Assembly: GCA_934182615.1 (NCBI GenBank)
Contig: CAKPRO010000008.1
Span: 7,157-71,156 of the forward strand
DNA: 64,000 nt
Reading direction: 5' to 3'
Source of the DNA: an uncultured Bacilli bacterium
GTDB lineage: Bacteria; Bacillota_I; Bacilli_A; RF39; UBA660
The notes under the pieces were generated by a model. That model had not been told where the DNA came from and ran no database searches. It saw only the letters and a program-made list of their open reading frames with translations. Below are positions 20,340 to 28,057 of this stretch, in pieces. Within the stretch, counting starts at the first letter, position 1. Each line of letters begins with the position of its first letter. Made by a program: the position numbers and the translations under genes.

Positions 20340-20896
20340 TGAAGATTAGACTTGCTAGTCCTGTTCTTATGCCTGATAGTATAGTAGATGGTGAGGGTAT
20401 AAGAGCAGTGCTATGGACACAGGGGTGCTTGCATAAGTGCCCTGGGTGTCAAAATCCTCAGACTCATTCTTTTGATGATGGTTTTCTAATTGATATAGAT
20501 GAAATTAAAGAACAAATTGATGAATTAGAAGGACAAGATGGTATTACTTTTTCAGGAGGAGATCCTTTTTATCAAGTAGAAGAATGTATAGAGATTGCTA
20601 AATATATTAAAAGTAAAAAAATGAATATATGGTGTTATACTGGTTTTACTTATGAAACACTTATTAAACTAGCTAAAGATAATCCTAAAATAATTGAATT
20701 TTTGAAACTTATTGATGTTTTAGTAGATGGTCCATTTATTTTAGAAAAGAAGAGTTTGGATTGTGTTTTTAGGGGATCTACTAATCAGAGAATTATTGAT
20801 ACTAAGTTAAGTCTTAAAAATAGAGAAGTTGTTTTAGTAGATAAATATTATACTGAAAAGAAAGTTAAAAATAAAAGAGATAGAATTTATATCTAA
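20339..20896 (+). CDS. nrdG: Anaerobic RNR activating protein (radical SAM)
   Basis: Cluster motif CLHKCPGCQNP and GITFSGGDP. Confidence 0.9.
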   Translation: MKIRLASPVLMPDSIVDGEGIRAVLWTQGCLHKCPGCQNPQTHSFDDGFLIDIDEIKEQIDELEGQDGITFSGGDPFYQVEECIEIAKYIKSKKMNIWCYTGFTYETLIKLAKDNPKIIEFLKLIDVLVDGPFILEKKSLDCVFRGSTNQRIIDTKLSLKNREVVLVDKYYTEKKVKNKRDRIYI

Positions 20897-20911
20897 TCTC
20901 TTTTTGTTTTT

Positions 20912-20981
20912 CCACTTCAACCTTAAATAAATTTAAGTTTTCCGTGGTATAATAGAGCCTATATTAATAGTCTCTATTATA
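20912..20981 (-). repeat. Double-hairpin intergenic repeat, copy H (reverse type)
   Basis: An imperfect hairpin spans 20912-20947. It is followed by tataatagag/ctctattata (20948-20981) with loop cctatattaatagt. Confidence 0.55.
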
Positions 20982-21026
20982 AACAATTGTATGTATATAT
21001 AAATTAAAATAAATAGTCATATTATA

Positions 21027-21055
21027 TTGACTATTAAGTATAAATATAGTACAAT
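21027..21055 (+). promoter_or_regulatory. Promoter of the type I toxin mRNA
   Basis: TTGACT, 17-nt spacer, TACAAT. The predicted start near 21061 coincides with the first base of the long 5'-3' closing helix. Confidence 0.6.
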
Positions 21056-21060
21056 TATCT

Positions 21061-21332
21061 AGGTAACACCAATAAGGTGCGTCTCTCCATTTTTCCCAAG
21101 TATCTCTGGGAGGAAGGAGTGATTCTGTATGAAAAAGTTTTCTTTCATCCTCAGGGGGTTAGGAGATTTGAGTAATGGATTACGTTGTAGCACTTGCTAT
21201 GATAATCTTTTTCTTTGTTGTCTATATAGATAATAGAAAAAACAGGAGATAAAAAAAGATGGCACCCAGGGGGTGCCTCTATAAAATACTTATGGAGAGA
21301 ATACCTTTTGAAGCTAGGTGTTACCCATTTTT
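21061..21332 (+). other. Structured toxin mRNA with long-range 5'-3' pairing
   Basis: Positions 21062-21090 (ggtaacacc..aaggt..tctctccat) pair with 21292-21325 (atggagaga..acctt..ggtgttacc). A T5 run follows. Confidence 0.55.
21175..21252 (+). CDS. Type I toxin candidate: 25-aa hydrophobic peptide MDYVVALAMIIFFFVVYIDNRKNRR
   Basis: AGGAG at 21161-21165 lies 9 nt upstream of the ATG. The peptide is one TM helix plus a basic tail. An overlapping 34-aa ORF (21129-21233) also has a strong RBS. Confidence 0.55.
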   Translation: MDYVVALAMIIFFFVVYIDNRKNRR

Positions 21333-21354
21333 ATTATGGATAAATTTCTCTTCC
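21252..21354 (-). ncRNA. Antisense antitoxin sRNA candidate (about 100 nt)
   Basis: It has its own promoter at 21362-21390. Its intrinsic terminator on the minus strand is ggcaccc-cct-gggtgcc (21261-21277) followed by T7. It overlaps the toxin stop codon and 3' UTR. Confidence 0.55.
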
Positions 21355-21361
21355 TATAAGT

Positions 21362-21390
21362 ATTCTACCAAAAAATTATAAAAATATCAA
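21362..21390 (-). promoter_or_regulatory. Promoter of the antisense sRNA
   Basis: Minus strand reads TTGATA, 17-nt spacer, TAGAAT, with a TGg extended -10. Confidence 0.55.
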
Positions 21391-21397
21391 TACTTTC

Positions 21398-21426
21398 TTG
21401 AAATATATATTTGTTTATGATAAAAT
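21398..21426 (+). promoter_or_regulatory. Promoter of G9-leader module 1
   Basis: TTGAAA, 17-nt spacer, TAAAAT, with a TGa extended -10. The same architecture occurs at 42646-42674. Confidence 0.6.
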
Positions 21427-21462
21427 TAATTTATAAAATAAAGATTTGAGAGGAGGACCCTT

Positions 21463-21543
21463 ATGAAGAAGAAAGAATTAGCAAAAGTTAACCATTTGTT
21501 AACTAGTACTTTTGTACGTGTTGGGGGGGGGTCAAAAATCTAA
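21463..21543 (+). CDS. Leader ORF 1 (26 aa, MKKKELAKVNHLLTSTFVRVGGGSKI) containing the G9 tract
   Basis: AGGAGG lies 6 nt upstream of the ATG. The GGG GGG GGG codons are the homopolymer. Confidence 0.5.
   Translation: MKKKELAKVNHLLTSTFVRVGGGSKI
21523..21531 (+). repeat. Homopolymeric G9 tract
   Basis: Nine consecutive G in a very AT-rich region. The only other run this long in the window is at 42746-42754, in the paralogous position. Confidence 0.95.
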
Positions 21544-21576
21544 TCTAAATATAACAAATAATAATATAAATAAAGA

Positions 21577-21623
21577 CTATGAAATAACTAATAGAAATAT
21601 TAGTGATTTTTCATAGCCTTTTT
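21577..21623 (+). terminator. Intrinsic terminator between leader ORF 1 and the LRR gene
   Basis: Outer stem ctatgaaa/tttcatag, inner stem actaata/tattagt with a GAAA loop, then ccTTTTT. Confidence 0.6.
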
Positions 21624-21640
21624 GTATGGAGGTATACATT

Positions 21641-23155
21641 ATGAGAAAAAAGAAGAAATTTATATTAATATTAGTAATGGTATTAGTTTTAATGAGTTAT
21701 TTATATCAAAGTTATGCTTTATCTAGCATTATTACTGATAGTAATGATACATATGTTGTTAATGTTAATAATAATTCTAGTATTGAGGTTCCTGCGAATG
21801 GATTTAAGACTATATATTATAAAGTTTTAAATACTAATAAAGGGACAGTTAAATATGGTATTGGATATTCTGGTACTAGTGTTAAGGTTAAGGTGTATAA
21901 CGATTCTCAAGATGAAGAGACAGGCCTTATAGAGTATGGTAAAAGTAAATTTGTAAAATTAAAACTTATTAATAATAATGCTACTAGTAGTACTATTAAG
22001 TTAAGTACAATACTAGGTTATGAGAATGGTGGAAATTTAATAGTGCCTAGTGGTTATACTTTAGTTACTGAAAAAATAAATGAAAATAATGTTATGAAGT
22101 CTTCTGAAGATGCAACTTCTGCTAGCACGGCTTTTTTAAGAAGTTCATTAGTTAGAAGTAGTATTAATAGTATTACTTTTACTAATGATAACATTGTTTC
22201 TACTGATGTTGTAGGTAGTATGGATATATCACAAAATAGTGATGGTGGTGTAATGATGTGGTGGTATAATTCTTCTACAAGTGGAAAATATGATGTATAT
22301 ATAGGTAGTGAAAGTGGTAAGGTTGTTATTAAAGATTGTTATAAATTGTTTTCTTGGCTTACTAGTTTGACTTCTCTTGATTTAACATATCTTGATACTT
22401 CTAGTGTTACTAATATGAGTTATATGTTTTTTAATACTAGTTCAATTAATGAGTTAAATTTATCGGGTATTGATACTAGTAAGGTTACTAATATGAAAGC
22501 TATGTTTTCGGGATGTATAGCTTTAACTAAACTTAATGTTAGTAGTTTTAATACTGTGAATGTTACATCAATGGTTGATATGTTTGCTAATTGTCAAAAT
22601 ATTACAGAGATTGATCTTTCTAATTTTAAAACTCCTAATGTTACTGATATAAGTGGAATGTTTTATCAGAATTATCTTTTAGAAAATATTGATATAAGTA
22701 ATTTTGATACTAGTAGAGTTACTAATATGAGTAATTTATTTTGTAGTTGTAAGAAATTAACTTCTTTAAATTTAAGTAATTTTAACACTAGTAATGTTAC
22801 TAACTTTTATTATATGTTTAATGAGTGTAATGCTCTTACTAGTGTTTATTTAAATAGTTTTGATACTAGTTCTGCGACTAATATGGTTGGTATGTTTAGA
22901 AAGTGTAGTGCTTTAAGGAAAATAGATTTAAGTAGTTTTGATACAAGTAAAGTAACAAGCTCTTACTATATGTTTTTGAATTGTACGGCTGCTACTGAAA
23001 TTGATATTAGAAAGGCTGACTTTTCTAGTGTAACTAATTATAATCTTATGTTTTCTGGTGTTCCTAATGGTACTAAGATATACGTTAAAAATGATACTGT
23101 TAAATCTTGGATTACTAGTAAATTTTCTAATTTGACAGGAGTTACTACTGTTTAA
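21641..23155 (+). CDS. DUF285/BspA-like leucine-rich-repeat surface protein (paralog 1)
   Basis: Signal peptide, then about 25-aa repeats of the form LS.FDTS.VTNM..MF..C..L..(I/L)D. GGAGG lies 8 nt before ATG 21641. Confidence 0.8.
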   Translation: MRKKKKFILILVMVLVLMSYLYQSYALSSIITDSNDTYVVNVNNNSSIEVPANGFKTIYYKVLNTNKGTVKYGIGYSGTSVKVKVYNDSQDEETGLIEYGKSKFVKLKLINNNATSSTIKLSTILGYENGGNLIVPSGYTLVTEKINENNVMKSSEDATSASTAFLRSSLVRSSINSITFTNDNIVSTDVVGSMDISQNSDGGVMMWWYNSSTSGKYDVYIGSESGKVVIKDCYKLFSWLTSLTSLDLTYLDTSSVTNMSYMFFNTSSINELNLSGIDTSKVTNMKAMFSGCIALTKLNVSSFNTVNVTSMVDMFANCQNITEIDLSNFKTPNVTDISGMFYQNYLLENIDISNFDTSRVTNMSNLFCSCKKLTSLNLSNFNTSNVTNFYYMFNECNALTSVYLNSFDTSSATNMVGMFRKCSALRKIDLSSFDTSKVTSSYYMFLNCTAATEIDIRKADFSSVTNYNLMFSGVPNGTKIYVKNDTVKSWITSKFSNLTGVTTV

Positions 23156-23312
23156 TATAATAATTTGATACTAGATTTAATATATTTAAAGTTATTAGCA
23201 ATGAAGAATTTAATGGTTATTATGATAAAGTTAAATATTTTAAACAATTAGCTATGTCTTTAAATACTAATTAGGAAGATACTAGTTATCTTTCTTTTTA
23301 TTTGGAGTTATC

Positions 23313-23415
23313 TTAGTTAGAAAGTACTTCACTGTGAATATGATATCTTAATGTTATTCATTACTAGACTTTAGGCTAGGAATGACATTCTAAGATGTAA
23401 AGCTTAGAATGAATA
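23313..23415 (+). repeat. Double-hairpin intergenic repeat, copy B (forward type)
   Basis: Box ttcactgtgaa at 23328-23338. H1 spans 23358-23385 (one A-G mismatch, loop actttagg). H2 is cattctaag/cttagaatg (23386-23411). Confidence 0.8.
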
Positions 23416-23428
23416 TAATAGTAAATAG

Positions 23429-23457
23429 TTTACAAAAGATAGTAATATTGATATAAT
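23429..23457 (+). promoter_or_regulatory. glmS promoter
   Basis: TTTACA, 17-nt spacer, TATAAT, with a TGa extended -10. Confidence 0.6.
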
Positions 23458-23498
23458 ATAGTAAAGTTTATAGATGTAGAAGGAGGTAAATTATAAAC

Positions 23499-23633
23499 TA
23501 GCGCCTGAACCATATATGGTTGACGAGGAGAGTAATTATCGAATATTCGGCGGATGTTACTCTGGGTTATATACTCATTAGATTATTATAAAAAACAAAA
23601 TTAATATTGTAACAAGATAATAATCATATATAA
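23499..23633 (+). ncRNA. glmS ribozyme
   Basis: Core AGCGCCTGAACC...GGTTGACGAGGAGAG...TATCGAATATTCGGCGGATG matches the conserved glmS ribozyme core. It lies directly upstream of glmS. Confidence 0.88.
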
Positions 23634-23647
23634 GAAAGAGGTAAATT

Positions 23648-25414
23648 ATGTGTGGCATAGTAGGTTATGCAGGAAAAACAAATGTAATTAAAAATATAAT
23701 GACTGGTTTAAAGTCACTTGAATATAGGGGTTATGATTCTTCTGGTATTGCTTATATAAAGAATAATCAAATTAATATATATAAGAAAGAAGGACCTATT
23801 AAAAATCTAGATAAGATATTAAATTATAATGATGTAGCTAGTATAGGTATATCACATACAAGATGGGCTACTCATGGAGGAGCTAATGATACTAATGCTC
23901 ATCCACATAGACAGGGTAAAATTACTTTGGTTCATAATGGTATAATAGAAAATTATGATGTGTTAAAGAAAGAATTAGAGAAAAAGGGGTATGTATTTAA
24001 ATCTAGTACTGATACAGAGATTGCTGCGGGTGTTATTGATGATTTATATAATGAGACTGGTGATATGATTAGTACTTTAAGTAAAATAACGGATATATTG
24101 AAGGGTAGTTATGCTTTTAATATTATTAATGATGATACTCCTGATAAAATATATGGCATTAGAAAAGATGTTCCACTTATTGTAGGGATATCTGATGATG
24201 GTAATATGTTTGCTAGTGATATACCCGCTATCTTACATGTAACTAATAAATATGTTGTTCTTGATAATTATGATATAGTTGTTCTTGATCAAGATATGGT
24301 TAAATATTATGATAGAAGTGGTAAAGAGATTAAAAAAGATGTTAAAGAATATCTTGGAAATGTAGATACTATTAGTAAAAATGGTTATGATCATTTTATG
24401 TTAAAAGAGATTAACGAGGAAGCTGAAGTAGTAAAGAATATACTTAATTTATATACTACGGATGGTAAAGTTAATGATATTTTTGATATTAAGAAATATA
24501 AGAATATTGATATTGTAGCTTGTGGTTCTGCTTCTTTTGCTGGTCAAGTTGGTAAGTATTATATTGAAAAGTATGCTAATATTAAGACTGATGTATATTA
24601 TGCATCGGAATATAGATATCAAAAGAATTTCTTTAATAAAGATACTTTAGTAATACTAATATCACAATCGGGAGAGACTGCTGATACTTTGGCAGCTTTA
24701 AAACTAGCTAAAGAAAATGGTATTGATACACTAGCTATTGTTAATAGAAGAGATTCTTCAATAGCTAGAGAAGCTGGTAGTGTTATATATACTGAGGCTG
24801 GTATAGAGGTAGCAGTAGCTACTACTAAGGCTTATTTGGCTCAAATATTAGTACTTCTTTTATTAGCAGTACATAGTAATGAAATAGAAGCAAAAGTAAT
24901 TGCTGATTTGAAATTATTACCTAATTTAATTACGAAGTATATTAATGAATATGATTATAGTATTATTGCTAATGTACTTAAAGATAAAGAACACGTTTTC
25001 TATTTAGGTAGAGGTATTGATTATTATCTTAGTATGGAAGGTAGTTTGAAATTGAAAGAGATTTCTTATATTCATAGTGAGGCTTTTCAAGCAGGTGAAC
25101 TTAAACATGGTAGTATATCTTTAATTGATAAAGATTTTGGTGTAGTAGCGGTTGTTACGGATAAGGATATTTGTGATAAGACAATTAGTAATTTGAAAGA
25201 AGTAGCCGCTAGAGGGGCTAAAATTATTACTATTACTAATATTAATGACGAGGAATTTTCGGATTATAAGATTGTTATTGATGATTATGATGAGATTTTG
25301 AATCCTTTACTTACGATTATTCCTATGCAAATGCTTGCTTATAATGTTGCTAAATTAAGAGGTTGTGATATTGATAAGCCTAGAAATCTTGCTAAGTCTG
25401 TTACTGTTGAATAA
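23648..25414 (+). CDS. glmS: Glutamine--fructose-6-phosphate aminotransferase
   Basis: MCGIVGY N-terminus, two SIS domains, and a C-terminal ...KPRNLAKSVTVE. Confidence 0.95.
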   Translation: MCGIVGYAGKTNVIKNIMTGLKSLEYRGYDSSGIAYIKNNQINIYKKEGPIKNLDKILNYNDVASIGISHTRWATHGGANDTNAHPHRQGKITLVHNGIIENYDVLKKELEKKGYVFKSSTDTEIAAGVIDDLYNETGDMISTLSKITDILKGSYAFNIINDDTPDKIYGIRKDVPLIVGISDDGNMFASDIPAILHVTNKYVVLDNYDIVVLDQDMVKYYDRSGKEIKKDVKEYLGNVDTISKNGYDHFMLKEINEEAEVVKNILNLYTTDGKVNDIFDIKKYKNIDIVACGSASFAGQVGKYYIEKYANIKTDVYYASEYRYQKNFFNKDTLVILISQSGETADTLAALKLAKENGIDTLAIVNRRDSSIAREAGSVIYTEAGIEVAVATTKAYLAQILVLLLLAVHSNEIEAKVIADLKLLPNLITKYINEYDYSIIANVLKDKEHVFYLGRGIDYYLSMEGSLKLKEISYIHSEAFQAGELKHGSISLIDKDFGVVAVVTDKDICDKTISNLKEVAARGAKIITITNINDEEFSDYKIVIDDYDEILNPLLTIIPMQMLAYNVAKLRGCDIDKPRNLAKSVTVE

Positions 25415-25418
25415 TTTA

Positions 25419-25448
25419 ATAGAGAGATTGATTAATCTCTCTATTTTA
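25419..25448 (+). terminator. Intrinsic terminator after glmS
   Basis: 11-bp stem atagagagatt/aatctctctat followed by T4. Confidence 0.75.
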
Positions 25449-25492
25449 GTATTAAATAATAATATATATCATATATTTTAATGGGTGATATC

Positions 25493-26455
25493 ATGTTAAA
25501 AAGAATGTCTATAAAGAAGATTATAGTATCTAGTACCGCTATTTTATTGTTACTTATTATTTATTTGATACCGGATAATAGAAAAGATATTGAACTTAAA
25601 AATGATAATATTGAATATACTTATAATAATGTTGTTAGTACGATATATTTAGTTGATAGTAATGATTATGTTGCTAGAACTTCTATTCCTACTTGTAAAT
25701 GTGATGGTACTACCTTGGCTAGTGATTTGATCGATGGTTTGATTGTTGGTGGTACTAAGAATAATATAATTCCTAATGGTTTTAGAAGTATAATTCCTCC
25801 TGATGCTACGGTTAAGAGTATTGAACTTAGTGATAAGATATTAACAATTGATTTTTCTAAAGAATTACTTGAAGTTAATGAAAATGATGAAGAAAAAATG
25901 ATTGAAGCAATTATTTATACTTTGACTAGTATTAATGGTATTGATAAAGTTATTATTAAGGTTGAAGGAGAAGTATTAACTAATTTACCACATAGTAAGA
26001 TAAATATTCTAACAGTACTGGATAGAAGTTATGGTATAAATAAGAGTTATGATTTATCTAGTTTAAATAATATATTTTCTTATACTACTTATTATACTAG
26101 TACTTATAATGATCATAAATATTATGTTCCTGTTACTAAGTATATTAATAGTGAAGAAAAAGATGTAGTTAAAGTTATTATTAAAGAGTTAGGTAGTAGT
26201 CCAATATATCAGACTAACTTAATGAGTTATTTGAATGCTAATGCTGTTCTTGATAGTTATGAAATATTAGATAATAATTTGAAGTTAAATTTTAATGAAT
26301 CTTTACTTAATGATTTGGATAAAAAGAATATTTTAGAAGAAGTAATTTATACAATTAGTTTATCTATGGATAATATTTATAGTGATTTGAAATCGGTATC
26401 TTTTTTGGTTAATAATGAAGAAGTATATACTATGAATATTAATGATATTAAATAA
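25493..26455 (+). CDS. gerM: GerM-domain sporulation/germination protein
   Basis: N-terminal anchor and GerM-like blocks (TIDFSKELL...EAIIYTLTSINGIDKVIIKVEGE). ATG 25481 is the alternative start. Confidence 0.65.
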   Translation: MLKRMSIKKIIVSSTAILLLLIIYLIPDNRKDIELKNDNIEYTYNNVVSTIYLVDSNDYVARTSIPTCKCDGTTLASDLIDGLIVGGTKNNIIPNGFRSIIPPDATVKSIELSDKILTIDFSKELLEVNENDEEKMIEAIIYTLTSINGIDKVIIKVEGEVLTNLPHSKINILTVLDRSYGINKSYDLSSLNNIFSYTTYYTSTYNDHKYYVPVTKYINSEEKDVVKVIIKELGSSPIYQTNLMSYLNANAVLDSYEILDNNLKLNFNESLLNDLDKKNILEEVIYTISLSMDNIYSDLKSVSFLVNNEEVYTMNINDIK

Positions 26456-26545
26456 TGCTTAATTTCTTTTGGGAAATTAGGCTTTTTTGTTTGACTATTA
26501 ACTAGACAAATGATATACTTTATATAGAGAATATGAGGTGAGAGA

Positions 26546-27187
26546 GTGGATAATAAGAAGGTAAAAACGTATGGATTAGTACTGGGAATAGTATTATTTG
26601 TTTTATTGGTTGCTGGTTTTACTTATGCTGCTTTGACATGGAGAAGTAATAATATATCGATTAATGGTAGTACTGAGTGTTTAGATATTGATTATACAAA
26701 GACTAATGATATTTCGGGAGATGAGTTACTTTTACTTGATAAGAATAAAATAATAAGTAATAATAAGATTACTATTACTAAGGGAATGGTATTATCAGGA
26801 GTGACCGCTAAAATAAAGAGTACTTGTACAATAGAGGGTTATTTAACATTGAATTTAAAAGTAACTAGTGTAAATAGTGCTTTTACTTCTTCTGGTAATA
26901 GTACAGGAGCGCTTAATTATGTTTTAGTTAGTTATGATCCAGCAACATATTCAACAATAGATGTTACTACTTTAAATGGAGTATCTTTTGATATAATTAG
27001 TACCGGTACAATAACAAGTACTAGTACAATTAAATTAAAAGATGAACAATTATCTAAAGATAGTACTACGGCTTATATGGTTATATTTTATATTGATGGT
27101 GATTTGGCACAGAATGATGCCGCTAACGCGACTAGTAACTTTAAAGGAACACTTGAAGCTTCAATAACACAAGGGGCTTTAAAATAG
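26546..27187 (+). CDS. Secreted protein, TasA-signal paralog family (N-domain only)
   Basis: GTG start after RBS gaggtga. Signal ends AGFTYAALTW. The C-terminal block is Y.V.FYIDGD. Confidence 0.65.
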   Translation: MDNKKVKTYGLVLGIVLFVLLVAGFTYAALTWRSNNISINGSTECLDIDYTKTNDISGDELLLLDKNKIISNNKITITKGMVLSGVTAKIKSTCTIEGYLTLNLKVTSVNSAFTSSGNSTGALNYVLVSYDPATYSTIDVTTLNGVSFDIISTGTITSTSTIKLKDEQLSKDSTTAYMVIFYIDGDLAQNDAANATSNFKGTLEASITQGALK

Positions 27188-27204
27188 AATGGAGGAAATA
27201 ATAC

Positions 27205-27780
27205 ATGGATAATAAGAAATTTATATTAGGAGTAGTAGCATTATTAATACTTATGATAGGAGGAACATATGCCTACTACAAATGGAGTAGTACAGAAAAT
27301 ATTAATATTAATGTAAAGATAGAAGGTGGTACGGTTACATTTGATGGTGGTAGTAATATTACAGGAACAATAATACCGACTGCTAGTAAAGAAGAGGGTA
27401 TTAAGAAAGATATTACAGTTAAAGCAGATACGGCTGGAGCTACAATGAGTCTATTTATGGATTTAACTACAATGCCTAGTGAATTAAAAGACAAGTCATT
27501 TGAATATGAACTATATTATAATGATAGTACTTTAGTTAAGAAAGGTAATTTTGCAGCATATAATGCTAGTAGTAATGCTAGTGGTATAACATATGCTTCA
27601 AGTGGAGTTACTACTTTGACTTTATTTACTGGTAGAGATATTAGTACTACTGGTACTGATAAGTATACTTTATATTTATGGTTTAATGGTAAAGATTATA
27701 CTAATCCAAATACTATGCAAAATAAAACATTATCATTTGATCTATATGCTACTGGTGAGAATGCTGTATTAGCAGGATAA
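27205..27780 (+). CDS. Secreted protein, TasA-signal paralog family (N-domain only)
   Basis: Signal ends IGGTYAYYKW. The domain aligns with the N-terminus of the 42853 gene (SKEEGI.K...V, YELY, YTLY.W). Confidence 0.7.
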   Translation: MDNKKFILGVVALLILMIGGTYAYYKWSSTENININVKIEGGTVTFDGGSNITGTIIPTASKEEGIKKDITVKADTAGATMSLFMDLTTMPSELKDKSFEYELYYNDSTLVKKGNFAAYNASSNASGITYASSGVTTLTLFTGRDISTTGTDKYTLYLWFNGKDYTNPNTMQNKTLSFDLYATGENAVLAG

Positions 27781-27867
27781 TAAAATATTATCTTGCTTTT
27801 TATATGAAGATAAAATTAGGTATAAAAAAATTCTTAAGCGTTAGGCTTAAGAATTAATTATTATAAG

Positions 27868-27944
27868 TGGTGTCCTGGTGGAGATTCGAACTCCAGACCG
27901 ATCGCTTAGAAGGCGATTGCTCTATCCAGCTGAGCTACCAAGAC
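27868..27944 (-). tRNA. tRNA-Arg (TCT)
   Basis: Cloverleaf with anticodon loop ctTCTaa and an encoded CCA. Its own promoter (minus strand TTGATT, 17-nt spacer, TACAAT) lies at 27959-27987 and its terminator at about 27826-27860. Confidence 0.9.
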
Positions 27945-28057
27945 ATCGGACAATATAAATTGTACAACAATAGTTAAAAAAAATCAACCCCTTTTTCGAA
28001 AAAAATTGCATTTTTTGTAAATTTTAGTTATAATTTATTTAGAGAGGTTAGAAATAT

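Noticed and set aside
21129-21233. 34-aa ORF (MKKFSFILRGLGDLSNGLRCSTCYDNLFLCCLYR) as the toxin of the type I locus
   Set aside because: It is not rejected as translated, because it has a strong RBS. It is less toxin-like than the overlapping 25-aa TM peptide, so it is kept only as a possible coupling or leader ORF.
21061-21332. Possibility that this structured region is SRP RNA, 6S RNA or a retron ncRNA
   Set aside because: It has no SRP domain IV consensus and no 6S-like central bubble. No reverse transcriptase gene is nearby. The embedded RBS-ORF and the convergent sRNA promoter and terminator fit a type I TA better.
23156-23300. Short open frame (..DTRFNIFKVISNEEFNGYYDKVKYFKQLAMSLNTN*) after the first LRR gene
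   Set aside because: It has no start codon or RBS and I recognise no homology. It is possibly a gene remnant, but that is unsupported.
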